Shown here: positions 1-13,831 of the stretch, piece after piece
How positions within the stretch are numbered: the stretch's first letter is position 1
Layout: every line of letters begins with the position of its first letter
The notes under the pieces: model-generated
Databases searched by the model: none
Told to the model about the DNA's origin: nothing
What the model saw: the letters and a program-made list of their open reading frames with translations, nothing else
Made by a program: the position numbers and the translations under genes
DNA from: Balanoglossus misakiensis
Taxonomy: Eukaryota; Animalia; Hemichordata
Assembly: GCA_040954595.2 (NCBI GenBank)
Contig: CM082577.2
Coordinates: 8,085,846-8,149,845, forward strand
Direction: 5' to 3'
DNA length: 64,000 nucleotides

Positions 1-2575
1 ACAGAGCTACTTTCAGGACATACCACTGCATTCGAGAGGGGTGTTCAATGAGGACAGTTATAAGAGCGGGCGAGTTTGCTTCAAGGCTTATAGGGTTTGG
101 CATATTGAATGCATGCATTTATTTTTTTCATTGGAGCTTTCTCTATGGAACACCGTAAATAAGCTTTTGGAAACCGAATTAACTCTAATTAATTTTAAAA
201 TTTGAATGTATCCACCTTGGCCATTTATGCGAACGTTCGTATCCCACATAGTATACACACAGCCAAATTTTAACAGTTATTGGAGCTTTAGTGCATTATA
301 ATATTTTACGGTAGACCTAGCTTTAGAAGGGACAGAAAACGCGTGATGCCAGCTGGCATCTACAAAAATTGCCCCGAAGCTTTGACAAACCATCACGTTG
401 GATTCGTGGTTAAAGCGGGAATAAGGCACGAATTTGGCAGATTGTCTGGGCTATCCGGGCATATTCGTGACTGTGACAATAATCGTCGTAGGAAGAGACA
501 GAAATACATTACATATAGGTGTAAGAATATATCAAAACCGAAAAGTGAATTACACCCCGAGCTGTAATGTGAATTTGCCTGACATTATGTCGTTCATCGA
601 GGTGACCCCATACCTCATTTGGCGATACCCATCTGTTCTTCTTTAGGTAATGTAAGAAGTTTTGACACAAATATGTTAAACAAGCGTGTTGACGATTTAA
701 AATGGCGTCAAGTTGGTATGCAGAAATTCTGCGAATTCTATGTCAATGGAAATATCGCAAATTTAAAATATAGGTGCTACACATTTCCCACAGAAAATAG
801 ATACAGCTGAAAACCGTTTTGCCCTAAAGTGTACTGATACTGGGCGCAGCAGCGATAATTCGGAGAAGATTACCTTTAATGAAGCGTATTTTCCGTACCT
901 TTTATTTGTCACACGTGAAAGTGCCTCCACTAAGAACATTTCCTTATTATTTCCTGGTGTGCATTGCACCATTGGCATATATAGTTCCTTGGAAATTGGA
1001 ACGCGGGTTTTCAAACGCATGTAACTGTACATCAGTTACAAATTATCTCTTAAGATACACAGGCTTCTGATCAAAAGAACTGCATGTTTTGACGTCACAT
1101 TTTCCAATGGTTGTTTGGATAAACAATCTCGTCACGTTCCTTTTGCGGGAAATTTCATTTATTGTACACCTTTCCCCTGACCTTTGAAAAGCGAATATCC
1201 ACTGTCGTACACGAAATTAGAAAATTAGAAAATCATTCGTTGCACATTGGAATAGTTCGGGGTATGAATGTCAGGATTCACATTGTGCTGCTTGAAAGCC
1301 ATGGGGGTGCACTGTATTATGGAAATAATTTTTAGCAATGGAAAACAAAAATACCATATTGATATGTTTGTTTATAGTTTACTAAATTAACTCCTGAAAG
1401 GTTCTGGCAAATTACAGAACAAGTTTTTGTCATCACAGGCAAGATGATAGTTATTAGTATTCCGATGACCAGTATTATTTGCCTTTTCAAAATGGCTGCT
1501 GCGTAGTTTGATTATCCATGTACTATATTGTAGAAACACTCCAAGAAGTTTAATTTGCTGGCGGATTTCTCATACTCACTTGATTGACCTGCAGCTTGTG
1601 CTTGGTTCTATAAGTGACTGAAATGTCTAGTAAATATATTCTCAGACTGGGATACAAAATACTATACATCTTCCTTAAAACATCTGTTTGCAAAACGTCA
1701 TCCTTAAGATAGTGGCTGTATTCATCAATCATCACGCACGGTGCCGTGTGCAAAAGACGCTCATCAATCACATACGATGGAGTACTAATTTCCGCGCCTA
1801 ATTCACAGGACGACGAGTACCTGTTTTGATTCCATCATTCTACAAATGATTAATTGGTGTACCTGGGGCATCCATTGATCTCGTACTAAATAAAACCTAT
1901 TGTCTGCAATATGGCTAATTTAATTTTCATATGAAAACACCTTGACCCACATACATGTATTCTTGAATTTAATGGAGAATGTTACATTTACTTTCGCGTC
2001 TACAGCTCACATTGTCACCAGAAGAAGAAGAAAGTGCTGAGAAAATCAGTATAGGTTTAGATTATGACAGGTGAACATTTGCAATTGGCACAAAAATGGT
2101 AAAGCAGGTACTGGAACCGATCGACAGACGGTTTCACAGTGTAGCATATCGGACGGCCCCTACATCAAAATAAATGTACAGCATAAATACGTATACGTAA
2201 AACTGAAAATGTACTCCATTTCAGAGACCGAACATTCTGGCTACCGTGTCAACTCTAACGAATGTGAATGTAAACACGATCAACTACAATGGACGACGTG
2301 ATAAATCAATGTTCCTTCCATGCACCTAATGTCTCATGATTCTCCTTTCATGCGCGCTTACGAAATTGGATGGAGCCTAGAGTGTTGTGAAACACGAAAT
2401 AAAAAAATAATGGCAATCGTGACTTTATATAGAGATTATTTATTTTACCGTAACTTTTTTCGTGTATGTATACAATACTTAGTAGTTTAACAACTTCTCT
2501 GGGTAGATTCTTCCCATGGGAAATAAGTACGACTTAATGGTATACAGTCACCTCCAATTTCCATACGCCCATATA

Positions 2576-2737
2576 TGGCTGATATGCCGTATTTGAGTGG
2601 GTCTAAAGAACATATGGTGGCGCTCTTTTATCGCGTGTGCCACCCAATGAAAATCCGTGATTGGCTAGATCTCAAGTTTACCATGGTATAAAATAATAAC
2701 TGTTGCTAAATTTTCATAGGTGACCGTATACTTTTAA
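2576..2737 (+). repeat. Interspersed repeat, copy 1 (TTAA-ended transposon relic)
   Basis: Shares CTAAAGAAC.TATGGT, ATTGGCTAGATCTCA and CATAG.TGACCGT...TTTAA in the same order with 28897-29044. Confidence 0.75.
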
Positions 2738-3078
2738 GGATACGCGTACGCGCACAAACGAAAAGAACACGGTTATGTATTATACAGGAAACACCATTTA
2801 GTAACGCATGGTCGTTGTATTTATGTATGTCTAAACACTTGGCAACCGCTAAGAAACTGAGTCCAATTTCAATGCTACAAGTTTGATAGCTATGTCTGTA
2901 TACGATTAATCTTCGCTTCTGCACGCCATAAAATTTCCGAATTTGACTTCGATGTTACCATCTGAGAGACTATATATCACTTAGAAAATTACAAATGAGT
3001 AAAACAAGCGCATTATCGTTGCTTAACTTGAATACTAGTACCTATGTATTATCATGCTAACTTATTCTAATTAATGTC

Positions 3079-3135
3079 TGCGGGGTGTTGCATGCTAGCA
3101 GGGTGCGCTTACCAATCCAATGCACCTGGTACTAT
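3079..3135. repeat. Possible Penelope-like retroelement-derived fragment
   Basis: GGGGTGTTGCATGCTAGCAGGGTGCGCTTACCAATCCAATGCACCTG resembles a GGGTG..AGCAGG..GCTTAC..TCC..GCACCTG motif I recall from Penelope-derived repeats of marine invertebrates; from memory, not verified. Confidence 0.35.
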
Positions 3136-6100
3136 CAATTAGTATAGTGGTCCAATACGAGCATGGTAATGATTAGTGGACCCCGTTTGATGTCATAGAA
3201 CAGAAGTGCTTTAACTGAAAGGAAATGCAATATTATACACATATATAAAAAATCCCCTATGCAAACCCGGTGGCTCTTTTATTATTTGGAAGGGGACCTT
3301 GTAAACTTTACAAAGGGCAGCTATATATACAGTTTACAGGGCAGTTAAAATATATTTGTTCCCTTATTACTTCGTGAGTTTGCTGGTTTGCTACAATACA
3401 GCATATACATAAAAACTTGTGTGTAATGCATGTTTCCTTTGAGCTGTGCATTTTAATGGGATTGTAGAAGCATAGTAGGGAAATGACTTCTGCGATTTTA
3501 TAAGTCGGCAACTGGCTGAGGTTGTTCTGGTCAACAAAATGGAAAGTACGATTCCTTAGCTTCCCTCCTCCAGCGATATTAAGAATTCTGCGATGAAACG
3601 TGACCGGCCAGTCTAAGTCAGTTGCTTCGCACGCCACTCCTTTCTGCTAGCACAGTGTCGCGTTTGTCGTTGCCTTATATGCCACCTTCGAACTTTGAAG
3701 CTATTCAATACACCGACAGATGTACATAATAATATACGTCTAACTATGAATCGCATACTGTGATGGCCAGAAGCCAGTGTCAGTGCATTGAAATAAATCC
3801 GTCCTGGCTCTGTTTTTTGAATGGTTGTCCCTTTGTGTTTAGCGTCATACTTTATATGCTATTGCCCTGGAGAATTCAAAGAACAGCAAGACCAACCGAC
3901 AATGGATTTTGTATGCAATGTGACGTCAGGCTCAGTTATATGGATCCCGTTCTTTATAATGCATTGCGCCTACACTGTGATGCATTGCAGCCTCGTGTAC
4001 TTTTAAATAGTGGTTACTTATCAAAAATGCATGTTCTGTTCCATGTTAACTGAACTATACGTTACGTGTAATGAATGAGAGAACGTTCGCTTGCAAAATA
4101 CACAGTCGGAAAGGTTGTTTCCATCCATCACTGATGCTTTTCATGTTTGGTTACACTCCCTCAGTTTCATTCTGAAGGACGCGGTGATTTTCATACATAG
4201 GACGAACGACAAATTAAACGTAAGCAAAGATTGTATCTGAAATCAGCGTCATAAAACATACTACGAGCAAAAAAACTTTCTATTAACAACTCTGTGTTCC
4301 CCAAAAGAAAGTCAATTATTTTTCGTCACGTACACGACGTTATTCTTCTGTTTGTGTACTCTTGTAACTCTATTGCGACACGTTTATCCATCCTTGGCGT
4401 GTTCCATTGGGGGGGGGGGGGGGGCAGATGCATTGTAGGGAACACATATAATTCCATCAGGATACCTTGCAATTGTGTATCGCATAGACATATGAATCCA
4501 GTGAAACATTTTTGAGGTAAAGACTGTGAGCTGCTGAGACATTCAATACATTTTCAACGTCGTTATATGATAGAAAAGGGCTTTGATGAGACACAGAGAC
4601 TATTACGTCTGCAGGAGTCGTGTAGGCCGGCGTGTATGTCTGCACTCAAAGGGGAAGATTATTGCGAATTCAAAGGCATTCCACTTTCTATTGAAAGTCC
4701 ATTCGCATGCATGCTGACAACTTTACTTATGGATGTTAACGAACGTCTAGTAGTTAACACGATGCTCAATTTCCTAACGTTAATGCCTGATGGACTAACG
4801 TACTATGCACGTCCATTAGATGAGGCAAATGAACAATACAGACTGATTAGACATGCGCGTAGTGTAATGCTTCGCAGACATGATGTGCTCTTTTGAACAT
4901 AATGCTTGCATGCAGGCGACATCTGAAATGGCGGGAACGCAGTCAAACTTGAAAAATCTTCATAGATATCACAGGAATTGTTTTTAAATTTGTTGAGATT
5001 GCACTGGCAAACCCCGCCTTGAATAAATTACATGTCACGTTATAGTATTTTTGGAATACGACGACCTATAGAAATGACAGATGGAAAAAAGTAATGTATA
5101 TACTCAGTGGACATCATTTAGATCACTTTTCAACATATCAGATGAGGGTAATTTGACATATTTCTGTACAGATTGAATTTTACCTCTGTCTTCCACTGTC
5201 AATATATACGATTGATTTATTATATAAGGTACAGTTATGTATTATGTTTGACACAATGTGATTCCCCGCTGACCTATTTAAATGCAATTTAGAACTCTTT
5301 GGCAATGTAATGCATTCTTGCACATGTATCGACAATATTGATTTCAACGTTGGGAGAGGGGCTACCATTGCAAGTGTCTGTGGTCTTTGTGTTTAAAACG
5401 CAATATTTTAGTCATCTTTAAGTATTTAAAGATTTTCACATAACGTGATGTCATCTACACTTCATCTCACAGCACCTGTGTTTTGAAACTCGGTTCTCTG
5501 AAACCACGACCAGATGGTAGCAAGTTCAACTCGCTATGCACCGGTTGCTAAATTATGGAATGTTAGAATTAAATTTGAATAATCCATTAATTGTTGTTCG
5601 TTGGTAATTTGCTGTAACTGTTGACTATTTTGCCGACAGGCCTCTCTGAACTCAAGTATGCATTTACTTGTGTTTTTACCTTCATCATAAATGTCCCTCT
5701 GCAACTTGTAAAACGCCTGCGGATGTCGATATCCGTTAGTATTCTTCTATGTGTGAAGACAACTGGCTGATCATATGATGGCACGTTGTTTAGTTCTATG
5801 CGGTTCTACCATGCCTATTTTGCATAATCCATTTATTTCGTCCGTATCTGACCTTGGAAAGGGGTGAAGATCACATCGCCCACAGGATATTGATTACTTT
5901 CGAAAAAAACTGTCTGCTGCTTCACATAAATTGCACATACACAGCCCAGTAAATTAGACGTATCTGCTCGCCCCACTCCTTTCGTTCGGTCGATCGTAAT
6001 GTCTATCAATTGGCATCATCTGGGTGTATTTTGGTCTTTCTGTTGTGATTAAGCGAGGATGACGCACTCCTTTCGTGGTTAAACGAATGTCGATGAGCGT

Positions 6101-6952
6101 TCTATCGATTACAAATTACCGCGGATGAAACTGAGACTGGAGACAAGGGTTTTCACTTTGATGTAAACCACGTGACATGTTTGTGCTACGTGTGTCGCAA
6201 TATTAGTGCGCCCCTTCCTGCAGTGGCGACTCGTTCCATCACAATCGACGGTTAACGATTTGTAACTTTATTAAAACTATAACCTTGCACCTGATACTGT
6301 GCACAATATTTTTCCCCGTATGCCGACCGTCAACGTCTTACAAGCCATTTTCAATGTGTACACTGCGTCAGAATAAATCGGCGCCAATTTTCCTAAATGA
6401 CACTTTGCAAGTGTTCAAACTCATAAACAACATATCTGCTGCTGAGTTCTGGGAAATTTTGCGAAAGATAGCCACAAGCATCGCCATGGCAAATTGACGA
6501 CAATCAATATTCTCTCGTGAGTTTTAATGTGCTATCAATAGCCAACGTGTTTTTGTGTCTCAAAACTGAAAACAGGAAATCACTAATACAACTATGGAGT
6601 ACATTTATACTTAATAACAATGTATCTTAAAACGCGTTAATGTGTTCAGCGATGGCTATATGTAGATTATACATGGATTTTGGGGTTCCTGTGCTAGTTT
6701 GAAGCAAACAGGTACCCAATTATCATATGACCACCTCGTTGAAAACATACTGTGGACATGATGCATGTAATGTACATATACGTTTCAGAACCTTCACGGT
6801 AATATCGTGGAGTCGTACATCTAAGAGCTCTATTTCCTTTGAAATATGGCACGTTTCCGAAAATAGAGGATGTTTAGAATGGAGTTAAAGCAATTCAATT
6901 TATTGTTCGTTTTGTCACAAACAGGGACTGAGATAATACATTTTCACTTATT

Positions 6953-6990
6953 ATGGGAACTTGACGGGACTTGAACCCGCGACTTCCGAC
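6953..6990 (-). repeat. tRNA 3'-half-like fragment (T-arm/B box), probable SINE or tRNA relic
   Basis: Minus strand GTCGCGGGTTCAAGTCCCGTC forms a T-arm (GCGGG/CCCGT stem, TTCAAGT loop); no D or anticodon arm recognisable. Confidence 0.4.
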
Positions 6991-8990
6991 AATGAATGTA
7001 AACGGAGGAAATATCTGCGATTAGAATCACTTTAAAGGTTTCCTGTGTTTAAGGTCCCCCATTGTCAATGTGCCTCCTTGCATTGTAAGCCAGCACCGAG
7101 ACAATCTTTTGAGACCATGCAGAGAAACAACTCCATCATTTGCCACATCAATGAACAACTACAGCAAGGTACCTTTACTACAGCGATAGAATATGTACGT
7201 GTGACACTCGACCTTTGTTAATCGCCACAAGCATTCCCTCATCGAATGCATCCCTATAAAACTTCTGAGACGGGAAGACTGACTATTCAGACGGGAACAC
7301 TTTCAGCCTCGGTGCTTCCATGGTTTGATATAAGAGTTAAACCACGCAGTTTATTTGGCAAATCCTGCATGCAAAGTTTGAGTATTTGACGTACATCTCT
7401 CTCGGACGTGGGTATACGAGGTATACAGTCACTGACACATGTCAGTGTAATTAAATAATATACACTGACTGCGCTACTTCGGTGCATTGTTGCATTTATA
7501 CTGCTGATTGCATAGGGTTGCCGGTAAAATAAAACTGGCATTTCTCACTAGTGATATTCAAATGAGAAATATAAATGTCACCGTTGAAAGCGTGTTAAAA
7601 TGAAAGCTCCCAGATATTCACTTTGTCAGCATGCATGATCAATACTAATAAGATTCAATGACACATACGAACACTTATCTCTAGCAATTTTCAGTCAGAT
7701 ATTTTGTAAACTAGTCACGTGCAGTAGACATTGACTAATTTTCGGGATTGTCAGCAGTACAATATGAAAATAAGAGCAACATGGTGCTACTTTCTATTTA
7801 TAAATATTGGACGGCATGATCACTGGAGCAGGATTTTACAATCAGCGGAACTTGATGACTTTTGAACATTTGCTTGGGCACGTTGTTGACACGTGTATCC
7901 TGCTTTTTTTCAATTATGTGCAGGCGATATACTCCGTGAAGTAACACCGTGTAAAATCGTTTTTGTCGTGCGTTAACTTGAACAAACTGTTTCATCACAA
8001 CACGATTAACTTCAGAGTAGTAACATAACACTAAAATATGCACGTCAAAGCATAAAGGCGGGAAACAAGAGAACAGTGGCACGACATGACGGTTAAGGAA
8101 CAGTGATGCAGTAAACATATAGTAGTTATCACTTTAAAATATTACACTCGAATTTCTGTAGAAGCAAAATCTGCATTTATCACATGGTGCCATAGAATCA
8201 GTGGATTCTTTTTATATGTCGTGTCATCTGGTTCTCATAAAACCCCTTTTACTTTTATGTACCATCTGGCTTACGCACTAAAACAGAAAAAAAGACATTT
8301 CCAACGTGGTATATAGTGACGCAAATATATGCCAGACATTGCATTTAGATTCTCGGGCAAAATCGCGGTCGGTCACAAAATCAATTGCTTCCAAATTGTA
8401 AAACAGTATAGGTGGATATCTGATTATTAAAAGATATAAGTCAATTTTGATGATGTTCACCTTGATAAAATAATGCACCCGGCCACGAACAGTAGAGCAG
8501 GAAACAGCTTTAGCCGTATGCATGGGCACTTAAAATAAAATATGCACATGATAAACGATTGAATTTGAAAGACATAAATGCAGTGAAATAACAGGCGATA
8601 TCAATTTCGAATTTATAACTAAACAAATTAACGTGAACATTGGCGGCAGACGCAGTACATAACCAAAAATACGTGTTTGTCGACTGTTTGAACGAACCAT
8701 GCAAGTCTTCCGTCTCGTTTGGGAAAAACGTGCTGATTGAAAATGGCCATGCGCACACTGCTTAGATAATTGCCGCCGATAAGCCATGATACACTTACAG
8801 AAGAAAATCTCATTTAAAGACCAATCCCATTTTCATAAAGACTGTATTTTTTGGCATTTCCCCGAATCAGTTTTAGTCTTCATAGACGGAGGCTGTTTGC
8901 AAGGTTACAAGTGAAGCACACGAATGAAAGTGAATATTGACAAGGCTAAAAGATTTTACACTGTAGTATGAGACGACGAGACATACTCAC

Positions 8991-9480
8991 CCAGCAGCCG
9001 TGCAACGCTTACTTCAGTGACGTAGGGCCGTGCATATACATGTATACAAATAGTGGAAATGGTCAGCTGCACGTTTCTGCGTAAAAAAAGCTGCTACAGC
9101 AAGTTATCACTGATTGCGGCGTGTTTCCAATATCGACTGGGTTATACTACACAGAACGATAATCTCCAAATACAATGCCGTATTTACTATCCTTGATTTA
9201 ACGGTGGATGCTGTGGTAGCATGGCACGAACAGTAAAGATGCAAATCACTCAAACGTTCAAGACCAGAATGCGCGGGAAAAAGCAAGGATTTCCAATCGG
9301 TCGGTTCATCAGTGAAAACGGACAGGAACAGAAACTCTTTGGGGAGAACCGTATCTGCCCTGCCTTCCAATAGTCGAATGGTGTGAAGTGTGGAAGCTGT
9401 GAATTCTTCTTCTTGCGGAGGAGAGGCTGTCGGGAGAGGTCGCGTCACACGTCACAACACGCACTGCGCGTCTTCAACAC
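8991..9480 (-). other. Candidate non-coding first exon of a minus-strand gene lying left of the window
   Basis: Strong donor TGG|GTGAGTAT at 8991/8990, CpG-richer body, GA-rich tract upstream (~9640-9682); no convincing ORF. Confidence 0.35.
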
Positions 9481-12400
9481 TGGCTCTGCAATGACAGTAA
9501 AGTAAGCATGTACATGTACATTGTATGTATGTAAAATGACATAGAATCACAGCGGGAATGGGAGCGTAATACGTTTTCACAATGTGGTGCGAACACTTAT
9601 GTGCGCAGAGGACTTGTCGATCCACGAATATCCTGCTCTCCCGCTCCCTCTCTCTCTCCTCCCCCTCTCCCATCTTCTCTCTAAAGAAACATTCTGTCTT
9701 TAAGTCTCTGTTTCTATTTACTAAGTTAAATGGCCCAAATATGTTAACAACAAACAAACAGCTCACGTCCGAGCAGTGATCGAGGAAATGATCTCAATCT
9801 CCATTAGGGACCTTAATTATTATGTCTTCAAGAAATAAAGTGTTCAACTTGTAAAAAATATCGCGGAATACGCTTGATGGCGCTCTTAAAGAATCTCGGA
9901 TTCGTGTCCAGAAGACAGAGCTCGACATACAGGACTCGGCATAATAAATAGCGTCACACTGACAATATAAAAACCAGACTGACTGACTGACTGACTGACG
10001 GTGTGGGCTGATGGATTGAAGGGTCGTTCGTTCGATCGATTTCATGTGTGGGCATTATAGAATTTCATAAAATAGTACATTTCGTGACAAAGAGGACAGA
10101 GAGACGTATTACCTGGTCGTCGTGGCAACAATGTGATTTCCCATTTCAGAGACAGCAATTAGTATAATAATAGTAATGTCTAATTGGTCCCTCACTGTCA
10201 CGGTCACCAGTTGATCTCATATGCGTGACATTGGGAGCAGCTGTATGAGACCTCGTTCACGTCACTTGGGATTATCGACCCCCCCCCTCCCGCGCAGTTT
10301 CTGCAAAGTATCATCACGAGCGTCATTCCATTGTCCTCTCCATCCAATTATACTATAATTGTATATTGATGGCGTAAAAAGGCAATCAGATAGGTCGAAG
10401 TGCGAAAATAATAATATAGTCGTGATGTACAACAGTTGACTGATCAAAATAACACTGAATGATTAATCGAGTTATGACCATTATAATACAACTACAATAA
10501 GTTTATTAACTTTTGGCAAAACGACGCCAATCCTTAATTTCAGTTTAAGCAAATGTCGTCTGCAGCGCCACGCAATGGCGGGAAAAACGCTGTATCACGT
10601 CACTAAAGCGAGATGATTGTGTTTTGGCAATGATGCACTATGTATTTGAAAGTTCAAAACCTGACTAGTCTTGCAGAAAGGATTCTGGGAATGGCATTGA
10701 GTCCAAGGTAGTTTTAGATTGAGATTGCCCTCCATCTTCATAAATTATCCAATTTGATCTGCTGCGCTGGCCCTTTCGGCAAATTCTCTCTGCGTGGCAA
10801 CAAAATCCAAAATGGTCGCCGGGCATCCAATAAAACCACAGATTGGGCGCGAACCCTAAGCTTGCAGATCATTACTCTAATCTCTTCTCTGAGTATAGAA
10901 ACGTTTGTCAAAACTGTAACTGAAACTACTGATCTGCGTCACTTCATGTCATCAAACTTTAAAATGGCTGCCAAGCAACCAGGTAAAACATTGAAATCGC
11001 AACTTCGAAGAGGTTGACTTGTACTTTGCTTTACCTGATCACTTCAACTATCGAATGCACAGTGTAATGTATTACATTATATCATGGTGCCTATCTTTAA
11101 TATTGATACTTAGAACTGTCACATTTGACCCAGTTATCGTAATTTTAGATTGGAATATCACTACTTTACCCCTAAAGTACACAGTCTAAAACAGCCAATA
11201 CATAGATTGTTACTGAAACCTGTACATTATACCGGTAGTCCGCCATTAGTGTTACTACAGATAATTGCATCGCGTTCAAGTCTGAATGCATTCACCGATG
11301 ACAAGCCAAATAAGAGTACGAAAAGGTAAATAATATTAAACGTACCAGAGTCGAGATGACTTTTTTACTTCGTTGGCGGGCAGGCTTTGTAAATAACTGG
11401 ATTGGTTTAGTCGATCAACATTCCAATGGCAACGACAAGCACCGTGTAAGAAATCAATGTCCGTCAATAACTGGCGCCTTTAATTGCTACATGAAATACA
11501 AACCGATACTAGATCTGTTTCCTTGGCACACTGACCGAATATTAATACGTATATATCGCCAGTAAAACTTCCTCTGTGCGCGTTATTATCCGCGCAAATA
11601 AAAACTTTTACTGTTCTGTCGTATAGTATGCACATTTACGTTCAATACGTTATTCTCGCACGTGTAATACGGCAGACGGGGGATACATTATCGCATGTAC
11701 TTGTAGTCATGGGAACACACCTGCCGACCACTGCATACCCAAGGTTAATATAACGTGACCGTTGATGGGTAATGTGTTTGTATAGTCTGTCTGACTTTCT
11801 GCCGTGGTGTACGCCGTGAGAACCTAACATTTTTGTCACGTCGCTAATTGGTGGACAAATTGCTTGTGGGACATGGCGGCTCTGTGACGTAGTCGGAGAA
11901 GTCACGTGACGTACATGTACATGCGCACAGCATTGTAAAAGATGGAATGCAGCTGTATAGGTGAATGCGCGTATCGTATGCTTCGGGAAGTCTAAAGCAT
12001 GACTGAGTGCATGCTTTCGAGGGAATAATTTGTATCTCCTAAATGGGCAAAGGGTAATAGAGTATGCCATCAGTCACATTATCATGACCGTCCCTAAACA
12101 GACCCGGTGGCTATTCGTGGTGAACGTTTTAAAAGGCAATACTAATGAATTCTGGCATGAATAACTCCCCTGTCCGCTTTGAATATATATAAGATTTCCC
12201 TCGCTTAGTTTTGTGCACATGTATCAATTTTGTAATAACGACAGGGATGCAATCATGTTTCTAATCGGTGTGGCTTGCATGATGATATTTTGCTCTTCTT
12301 TGGCACGTGATGAGGTAATGTAAAAAAGACACAGCTGCACAGCATGACGAATGAGATAAACATCAATGTATTCACCAGTCGGGAAATCTTCTTTACCATT

Positions 12401-13804
12401 TAATAAAGGACTTTAAACATATCACTGGCCACATGGGGTAGCGAGGAGATAAATTCATCAACGGTAAAAAGTGTACGAGTGCAGAAACGGCTATAGAGCT
12501 TGTCCAATAACATTGAATGCAGTTTCCAAACATCGATTAATCAGTTGATAAAAGTACCCATGAAAATGCTGCTATCTGCATGTCAGGGGAGTTCCGCGTA
12601 CACAGCGGACTTCAATATACTCCCTTGTGACGTCATCACTGTTCGGATAACTGAAAAGGGACAAATACAGGGGCAACATGCTAGAGAAATTCTACAGATG
12701 ATGACGGCGTGTTATATGCGATGAACTATGTAAAAGGAAATGTAATGTGCACGAAAAGTATGGTTTAACAGTGTGGGATACATTGTACGTTAGAACAAGT
12801 TACCTGTGATGTTAATTTGCAGATTACCATGATGATAAATATCTTATTACTATTAGCGCTGGATGAGCTGCCTCATCTATCACCTGCTAGTGCTCATAAC
12901 GATAGTTGAATGAATAAATGCACTCAGTAGAGATGCTGCAATATACCAAAGTGGTAATGTACAAGCGATTGCATATTGATATTAGAAACGAGAGACCCTC
13001 GATACTAGTCCGATCGCTTGCTATATTTAACATTGGAAATAACGACTGTTAATAAGCTGTATGGATTCTTCTCTGATTTCAATGCGGTGGCTCGCAGACA
13101 ATTCTACAGCACCGTTTAATTATTAAAGACCTGGCTATGAAATCCGGTGCTCCACTTCCTGTTATAACTCTTCCCTACCGCCGCGGGTAATTCATACATT
13201 TATCTGATGTTCCTGCAAAGGTCTTGGTTGTAATCAGTCGTCGCATCGCTGGCTTTTGATTTCATTTTCATGAAGTTCCCCCCATGTGATGTGGTGATAA
13301 TTGACTAAACACGAATGAAACCATTTTGAATTAATTGGATATTGATGAAATGTGGACAAAATATTCTACAATTAATGCAACAGTTTCATCAAACATCGAT
13401 TTTTTTACCAAGCTAATATTACGAGAGAATTCAAATTTCCAAGAAGCTGCTTGCCCCGTTGCTGGCCTCTGAACAACATAACAATATAAGACATGCGGCA
13501 AATCAAGCTCTATTGGATCGATGAAGCTGTCAATTTGAAAATGTGTTATGTTTCACAAGGAAAAAGTTACGAGTGGGTAAAAATGGAGTCCGTGCATAAA
13601 ATTATTAAGTTAATAAGCGGGCGTTCTTGATTTTAGATAAAAATGATCCAGTAGTTCCAATAGTACTATTAGACATAGGTTATGGATCTTTGTTGATCGA
13701 ACAATAACAACAACACCACTTAATTAACCGCATGTTCCTGTCCACTGTCGCACGTTTGAGGAGACAGCATACCGTATACCGCGTATGTAAAAGACGTCCC
13801 TCTA

Positions 13805-13831
13805 CCCTACATCTGAATTTTAATCAGATTG
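13805..13831. repeat. Solo terminus of the 25162-25296 MITE family
   Basis: CCCTACATCTGAATTTTAATCAGATTG matches the right TIR end with a 1-nt insertion. Confidence 0.7.

Noticed and set aside
6953-6990. tRNA gene
   Set aside because: Only a T-arm is present; no cloverleaf.
9107-9448. 113-aa minus-strand ORF
   Set aside because: Non-ATG start and no domain; better explained as 5' UTR sequence.
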